A stretch of DNA of 27,980 bases from assembly GCA_964475435.1 (NCBI GenBank), contig CAYYWT010000001.1, positions 746-28,725 on the forward strand. The letters run 5' to 3'. The position numbers and the translations under genes are program-made. Below the pieces are notes generated by a model. It saw only the letters and a program-made list of their open reading frames with translations, did no database searches and was not told the origin of the DNA. Positions 23,261 through 27,980 of this stretch are shown here, piece after piece. This DNA comes from an uncultured Eubacteriales bacterium. Lineage in GTDB: Bacteria; Bacillota; Clostridia; TANB77; RGIG9151. Each line of letters starts with the position of its first letter. Positions within the stretch are counted from its first letter, which is position 1.

Positions 23261-23299
23261 ACGGTCAAAGTTCGCTAGATTGGGAATTTTGACCGTTTT
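23261..23299 (+). terminator. candidate terminator/attenuator after prkC
   Basis: ACGGTCAAAGTTC (23261-23273) pairs with GAATTTTGACCGT (23284-23296): a 13-bp stem with one G-U and a 10-nt loop. The following U-tract is weak (TTTG). Confidence 0.45.
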
Positions 23300-23323
23300 G
23301 TATAAATAATATGGAGGAATAGT

Positions 23324-24178
23324 ATGGTTGGGAAGATAGTAAAGGCGATTAGTGGTTTTTATTATATTGAATTTGAAGATAAAGTTTTTGAGTGTCGAGC
23401 GAAAGGAATTTTGAAAAAAAATAATATATCCCCTTTGGTTGGAGATAATGCTGAATTTGAAAAGATAGGCGAAGATAAAGGAAATTTAATAACTATAACA
23501 GATAGAAAAAACGCTTTAGTTCGTCCGCCGGTAGCTAATATTGATAAAGTAGTTATTGTTGTTGCCGTAAAAAATCCTGAACCTTCGTTGTTATTTATAG
23601 ACAAACAACTAGCTTTTTTAGAGAAAAATAAGATACCTGTAACGATATGCCTTAATAAGGTAGATATAGGTAAAGCAGAAGAAATAAAGAGAATATATGA
23701 ACATATAGGATATAATGTTATTTTGACTAGTGTTAAGGAAAAAATAGGCATAGAGGAATTAAGGAAAGATATAAAAGGGAATACTGTAGCTTTTGTAGGA
23801 AACTCCGGAGTAGGCAAGTCTAGTCTTACTAATCGACTTATGAATGAAGTGATAATGGACGAAGGAAATTTAAGCAAAATTGAACGTGGAAAACAGACTA
23901 CAAGGCATTCTCAACTTCTAAAAGTAGAAGAAAATACATATATTATAGATACACCCGGATTTTCAAGTTTTGAATTGGATGATGTTAAATTAGACGAACT
24001 TGCTTTACTTTTTAGAGAATTTAATAACTATGTCTCGAATTGTAGGTATAGAGATTGTAGACATGTTTTAGAAGAAGAATGTGGCATAAGAAAAGCAGTA
24101 GATATAGGAGATGTAGCAACTGAAAGATTTGAAAATTTTAAGGTTATATACGACGAAATTTCAAAGAGGAGGAAGTAA
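23324..24178 (+). CDS. rsgA: ribosome small-subunit biogenesis GTPase
   Basis: N-terminal OB region GKIVKAISGFYYI..., circularly permuted GTPase motifs NKVD, GNSGVGKSSL and DTPG, and C-terminal zinc motif CRYRDCRH..EECG. Confidence 0.9.
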   Translation: MVGKIVKAISGFYYIEFEDKVFECRAKGILKKNNISPLVGDNAEFEKIGEDKGNLITITDRKNALVRPPVANIDKVVIVVAVKNPEPSLLFIDKQLAFLEKNKIPVTICLNKVDIGKAEEIKRIYEHIGYNVILTSVKEKIGIEELRKDIKGNTVAFVGNSGVGKSSLTNRLMNEVIMDEGNLSKIERGKQTTRHSQLLKVEENTYIIDTPGFSSFELDDVKLDELALLFREFNNYVSNCRYRDCRHVLEEECGIRKAVDIGDVATERFENFKVIYDEISKRRK

Positions 24179-24742
24179 ATGGATAAGAAAGTTAAATGGC
24201 CCGGAGGAGCTATGATAGCCCCGGTTCCGGCGGTATTAGTTACTAGTGGAAATATGGATAAGAATAATGTTATGACTGTTGCGTGGACAGGGATTTTAAA
24301 TACTATTCCGGCAAAAACGTATATTTCTGTTAGAAAAGAGAGATATTCGTACAATTTGATTAAAAATAGTATGGAATTTGTAATTAATTTGACGACTGAA
24401 GAGTTAGTGAGAGCTACTGATTTTTGCGGGGTTAGATCCGGAAAAGACATGGATAAATTCGAAGTTATGAATTTATCAAGACAAAAGGCAAATGAGGTAA
24501 GTTGTCCGATAATTGGAGAAAGTCCTGTATCTCTTGAATGTAAGGTTACGGATATAGTTGAACTTGGTTCTCATGATATGTTCGTTGCTGATATTGTGGC
24601 GGTTGATGTTGCGGAAAAATTAATTGATGAAAATGGTAGATTAGCGTTAGAAAAAGCTAATTTGATCGCTTATTGTCATGGTGAGTATTTTGCACTTGGC
24701 GAAAAACTTGGAAAGTTTGGATATACGGTAAAGAAAAAGTAG
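24179..24742 (+). CDS. flavin reductase-like (FMN-binding split-barrel) protein
   Basis: ATG directly abuts the rsgA stop (TAAATG). Sequence PVPAVLVTSG......NVMTVAWTGILNTIPAKTYISV ... HDMFVADIVAV is typical of the flavin reductase domain family. Confidence 0.65.
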   Translation: MDKKVKWPGGAMIAPVPAVLVTSGNMDKNNVMTVAWTGILNTIPAKTYISVRKERYSYNLIKNSMEFVINLTTEELVRATDFCGVRSGKDMDKFEVMNLSRQKANEVSCPIIGESPVSLECKVTDIVELGSHDMFVADIVAVDVAEKLIDENGRLALEKANLIAYCHGEYFALGEKLGKFGYTVKKK

Positions 24743-24765
24743 ATAGGAAAACAGCTTTAAATTTA

Positions 24766-24794
24766 TTGACGAAGAAAGTAAAAACATATATAAT
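24766..24794 (+). promoter_or_regulatory. candidate sigma-A promoter for cmk-plsC
   Basis: TTGACG (24766-24771), 17-nt spacer, TATAAT (24789-24794). Confidence 0.55.
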
Positions 24795-24826
24795 TTGTAT
24801 GGAATTTTTGAGAGGAGTGTTTTACT

Positions 24827-25492
24827 TTGGAGAAACAAATATCGATTGCTATTGATGGACCTGTTGGGGCCGGTAAAAGTACTATTGCTAGAATGGTTGC
24901 TAAAAAGCTTAATATAATATATGTAGATACGGGTGCTATGTATAGAACAGTTGGGCTATATGTGATTAGAAAAGGGCTTGATCCTACTGAATTTGATGAT
25001 GTTAGAAGTGTTATTGACGAAATAGAATTAGATGTAGAACTTACCGATAGAGGGCAATTGATATTCTTAAACGGAGAAAATGTTACTGATTTAATCAGGA
25101 CTCCTGAGATTTCTATGGCGGCGTCTAATGTTTCTGCTGTTCCGGAAGTAAGGGAGAAGATGGTTAATATCCAAAGAAATTTGGCTGATTCTAAAAGTGT
25201 TGTTATGGATGGAAGAGATATAGGAACGGTTGTGCTTCCTAATGCCAGCACTAAGATTTATTTAAGTGCTGATTTGGATGTAAGAGCTGAGAGAAGGTAT
25301 AAAGAACTTATTAATAAAGGTCAATCTGTTACGTTTGATGAAGTAAAAGAGGATATTATAAAGAGAGATAGAAATGATATGTTTCGTGCTACATCACCGC
25401 TGAAAAAAGCTGACGATGCAATTGAACTTGATACTACTAACCTTAATTTAGACCAAGTAGTGGAGCGATTGATTGGCATTGTCCAAAAATAA
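24827..25492 (+). CDS. cmk: cytidylate kinase
   Basis: TTG start follows GAGAGGAG (24810-24817). Sequence IAIDGPVGAGKSTIA, YVDTGAMYR, MDGRDIGTVV and RRYKEL. Confidence 0.9.
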   Translation: MEKQISIAIDGPVGAGKSTIARMVAKKLNIIYVDTGAMYRTVGLYVIRKGLDPTEFDDVRSVIDEIELDVELTDRGQLIFLNGENVTDLIRTPEISMAASNVSAVPEVREKMVNIQRNLADSKSVVMDGRDIGTVVLPNASTKIYLSADLDVRAERRYKELINKGQSVTFDEVKEDIIKRDRNDMFRATSPLKKADDAIELDTTNLNLDQVVERLIGIVQK

Positions 25493-25511
25493 CTTTTGAA
25501 AGGGAAAAGAT

Positions 25512-26108
25512 ATGTTTAGAAAAATTATTGTTTCTATTGTCGGATTATATATGAGATGTTGGTTTAAAGTTGATTTGGTTAATTATGAAAGATTTGAGAA
25601 GATAAAAACCGGTTGTATTTTAGCTCCGAATCATATTTCGGCTTGGGAAACGGTTATGATGCCGGCGCTTTCTAAAAAGGTAATGTATATGATGGCTAAA
25701 GAAGAAATTTTTAAAAATAAGTTTTTTGGTTGGTTTTTAAGACAAATGAAGGCGTTTCCTATTGCTCGTAAGAAAAATGATCTTGGTGCGATTAAAACTT
25801 GCGTAAAGTTGCTTAAAGATGGAAAGTCTATTTGTATGTTCCCGGAAGGAACTAGAAGTAAAGACGGAACTATGAATTTTAAAACTGGTGTTGCGATGAT
25901 TGCACATTCTGCTAAAGTGCCGGTTGTTCCTGTGGGAATTGTTGCGGAAGATAATTTTAAGTTTAGATCTAGGGTACATATTGTTTATGGAGAACCTATT
26001 TATTTTACTGATTACTATGATAAAAAGATAAACAAAGAAGATTTGATTAATATGACTGAAAAAGTAAAAGCTGGGGTTATTAAGGCTATAGAATTAAAAA
26101 AAGTTTGA
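25512..26108 (+). CDS. plsC: 1-acyl-sn-glycerol-3-phosphate acyltransferase
   Basis: Acyltransferase blocks PNHISAWE (an HX4E variant of HX4D), FPEGTRS and VPVVPVGI. cmk-plsC adjacency is common in Firmicutes. Confidence 0.8.
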   Translation: MFRKIIVSIVGLYMRCWFKVDLVNYERFEKIKTGCILAPNHISAWETVMMPALSKKVMYMMAKEEIFKNKFFGWFLRQMKAFPIARKKNDLGAIKTCVKLLKDGKSICMFPEGTRSKDGTMNFKTGVAMIAHSAKVPVVPVGIVAEDNFKFRSRVHIVYGEPIYFTDYYDKKINKEDLINMTEKVKAGVIKAIELKKV

Positions 26109-26116
26109 TTGCTTTT

Positions 26117-26197
26117 AAAAAAGAGGCTGTAAAGGACTCAAAAACATAAAGTATTACTTTATATTTTTGAAAAATGAGTTTTTTGCACCTCTTTTTT
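26117..26197 (+). terminator. long-stem intrinsic terminator after plsC; a short relative (E) of the repeat family
   Basis: GAGGCTGTAAAGGACTCA (26123-26140) pairs with TGAGTTTTTTGCACCTC (26175-26191), using G-U pairs on the plus strand, and is followed by T6 (26192-26197). The inner hairpin is ATAAAG/CTTTAT. Its termini resemble copy C (GACTGTAAAAAACTCA ... TGAGTTTTTACAGTC). Confidence 0.65.
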
Positions 26198-26263
26198 ATT
26201 TTCTAGGAAAGTTCGAGCTATAAGTAAACAATATAAATTTATATAAAAGATAAAATTATTTTC

Positions 26264-26292
26264 TTCCATATTGTAAATATATATGATAAAAT
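26264..26292 (+). promoter_or_regulatory. weak candidate promoter (extended -10) for the acyl-CoA ligase gene
   Basis: TTCCAT (26264-26269), 17-nt spacer, TGaTAAAAT (TG at 26284-26285, -10 at 26287-26292). The -35 element is poor. Confidence 0.3.
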
Positions 26293-26316
26293 ATACAAGA
26301 CGAGGGGGAAAAAATT

Positions 26317-27980
26317 ATGGAACCAATGATGACAAAGCCTATTTATAAGGTAAGAAAGATTAATGATTTAAAGGAATTGCTAGACCAATGTACTGCGTTA
26401 TTTAGTGATGAAATTGCGTTTATGTCTAAGGTTGATGATAAGTATGTCGGAACTACATATAAAAAGTATAGAGAAGATGTTTATGCTCTTGGGACGATGT
26501 TTTCTAAGCTTGGTATAAAAAATGAACATATTGCTGTTATTGGCGAAAACAGGTATGAATGGTGTGTTACATATATGGCGACTACCTGTGGCGGAGGAGT
26601 TATTGTTCCTCTTGATAAGGAGTTACCTAAAGATGAAATTGAAAATTTATTAAAGCGTTCTAAGGCTAAAGCTATTGTGTTTTCTAAGAAATATAGGGAA
26701 TACATAAAAGAGTTTATGAAGACTAATGAAAATTTAACTATTGCGATTGATATGGATGCTAGGGTTAAAGAGGAAGATATATATTCTTTCAATGAATTAA
26801 TTAATGAAGGAAATAAATTAATAGAATCCGGAAATAATGAGTTTGGTAAAACTAAAATTGAAAGTAGCCAGCTTGCCGGTATATGCTTTACTTCAGGAAC
26901 TACTGAGCTTGCTAAAGGTGTTATGCTTTCTCATAAAAATATTGCTTCAAACGTTATGGCGGGAATGGCTTTGTTTAATGCTAATCCGGGAGATAGATTA
27001 CTATCCATATTGCCTATTCATCATACGTATGAGTGTACTTGTGAGTTTTTATTAATGACTTTCCAAGGAGCTACTATATATTTTTGCGAAGGGTTAAAAC
27101 ATATTCAAAAGAATTTACAAGAGGCTAAACCTACTATAATTCTTGTTGTTCCTCTTATTTTAGAGAATATGTATAATAAGATTTGGAAACAAATTGAAAA
27201 GAAAGGGATTACTAAAAAAGTAAAAACAGCTCTTTCTATTAGCAATTTCTTGTTAAAACTTAATATAGATGTTAGGAAAAAATTATTTAAAGATATTTTG
27301 GCTGTATTTGGTGGAGAGTTAAAAGTAGCTATTGCCGGTGCTGCTGCGGTTAATCCTGAAGTTTTAAAAGGACTTAGGAGTTTTGGAATTACTACAATTC
27401 AAGGATATGGACTTACCGAGTCTTCTCCGCTTGCTGCGTTAAATCCGGTAAATAAGGCTAAAGACGCTGCTATTGGCATTCCTATGCCGGATTCGTTAAT
27501 GGTTATAGATAATCCGGATAAAGACGGAATTGGAGAAATTTTAATTAAGAGTGATTCCATTATGATGGGGTATTATGAAAATAAAGAGGCGACTGATGCA
27601 GTTTTAATTAACGGTTGGCTTCATTCCGGAGATATAGGATATAGAGACAAAGATGGTTATTTCTATATTACAGGAAGGAAGAAAAATGTTATTGTAACTA
27701 AAAACGGAAAAAATATTTTCCCTGAAGAAGTTGAATCATATATGCTAAAAAGTCCGTATATAGCTGAGATTATTGTTTATGGGAAGGATTTGCCTGGTGA
27801 ATTGGAAACTAAGGTTTGTGCGATTATTGTGCCGAATTATGAAGAAATAAAGAAGGATTTGCAAAAAGAAGAAGTAAGTAATGAAGAAGTAGAGAAGTTA
27901 ATTGATGAAGAGGTAAAGAAGGGTAATAAGCAAATGCCTTTATATAAAATGGTTAGAGAATTTGAAATAAGAGAGACTGA
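26317..27980 (+). CDS. AMP-dependent long-chain acyl-CoA synthetase/ligase (3' end runs off the window)
   Basis: ATG at 26317 follows GAGGGGGA. The frame stays open to the window end, so it is absent from the ORF track. Motifs: CFTSGTTELAKGVMLSH, HTYE, QGYGLTESS and GWLHSGDIGYRDKDGYFYITGRKKN. Confidence 0.85.
   Translation, partial: MEPMMTKPIYKVRKINDLKELLDQCTALFSDEIAFMSKVDDKYVGTTYKKYREDVYALGTMFSKLGIKNEHIAVIGENRYEWCVTYMATTCGGGVIVPLDKELPKDEIENLLKRSKAKAIVFSKKYREYIKEFMKTNENLTIAIDMDARVKEEDIYSFNELINEGNKLIESGNNEFGKTKIESSQLAGICFTSGTTELAKGVMLSHKNIASNVMAGMALFNANPGDRLLSILPIHHTYECTCEFLLMTFQGATIYFCEGLKHIQKNLQEAKPTIILVVPLILENMYNKIWKQIEKKGITKKVKTALSISNFLLKLNIDVRKKLFKDILAVFGGELKVAIAGAAAVNPEVLKGLRSFGITTIQGYGLTESSPLAALNPVNKAKDAAIGIPMPDSLMVIDNPDKDGIGEILIKSDSIMMGYYENKEATDAVLINGWLHSGDIGYRDKDGYFYITGRKKNVIVTKNGKNIFPEEVESYMLKSPYIAEIIVYGKDLPGELETKVCAIIVPNYEEIKKDLQKEEVSNEEVEKLIDEEVKKGNKQMPLYKMVREFEIRET

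Noticed and set aside
23362-23877. 171-aa minus-strand ORF
   Set aside because: It is fully antisense to rsgA, which has clear GTPase motifs. Its composition is low-complexity Ser/Phe/Ile-rich, typical of antisense frames in AT-rich genes, and it has no SD.
24028-25251. Minus-strand ORFs 24028..24450, 24647..24838 and 24763..25251
   Set aside because: They are antisense to the rsgA 3' end, the flavin reductase gene and cmk, all of which have recognisable domain motifs on the plus strand. None has a ribosome-binding site.

Overview
This is a chromosomal window from an AT-rich, low-GC anaerobic Firmicute, probably Clostridia/Tissierellia-like. That placement is inferred only from gene content, synteny and Shine-Dalgarno usage. 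Gene order, left to right: topA (partial, minus) and dprA (minus); a small DUF1858 redox protein (minus); an 8-gene plus-strand envelope locus at 3250-10886; adhE, apparently in one operon with an hfs/HydS-type sensory [FeFe]-hydrogenase signalling cluster (11079-18781); the def-rlmN-stp-prkC-rsgA housekeeping cluster; a flavin reductase; cmk-plsC; and a partial acyl-CoA ligase. Two things stand out. (1) The envelope locus has a complete Tad/Cpa motor and platform (CpaB, TadZ-like, TadA/CpaF, TadB, TadC). It has no Flp prepilin, no prepilin peptidase and no TadE/F. It is bracketed upstream by a VirB2/TrbC-like small protein and a VirB6/TrbL-like polytopic protein, and downstream by a Zn-ribbon-CD225 protein with a pilin-like tail. 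The whole locus sits next to dprA. (2) A family of long hairpin repeats occupies terminator positions. Two full ~230-245 nt copies (2641-2885 and 3574-3804) share a 153-nt core at about 97% identity. The core is capped by a GNRA tetraloop hairpin, while the flanking arms are only about 67% identical but keep pairing through compensatory changes. There is also a truncated copy abutting the dprA stop codon and two core-less relatives (18789-18920, 26117-26197). No rRNA, tRNA, CRISPR array, transposase, integrase or phage genes were seen. All family assignments come from motif reading by eye; no searches were run.
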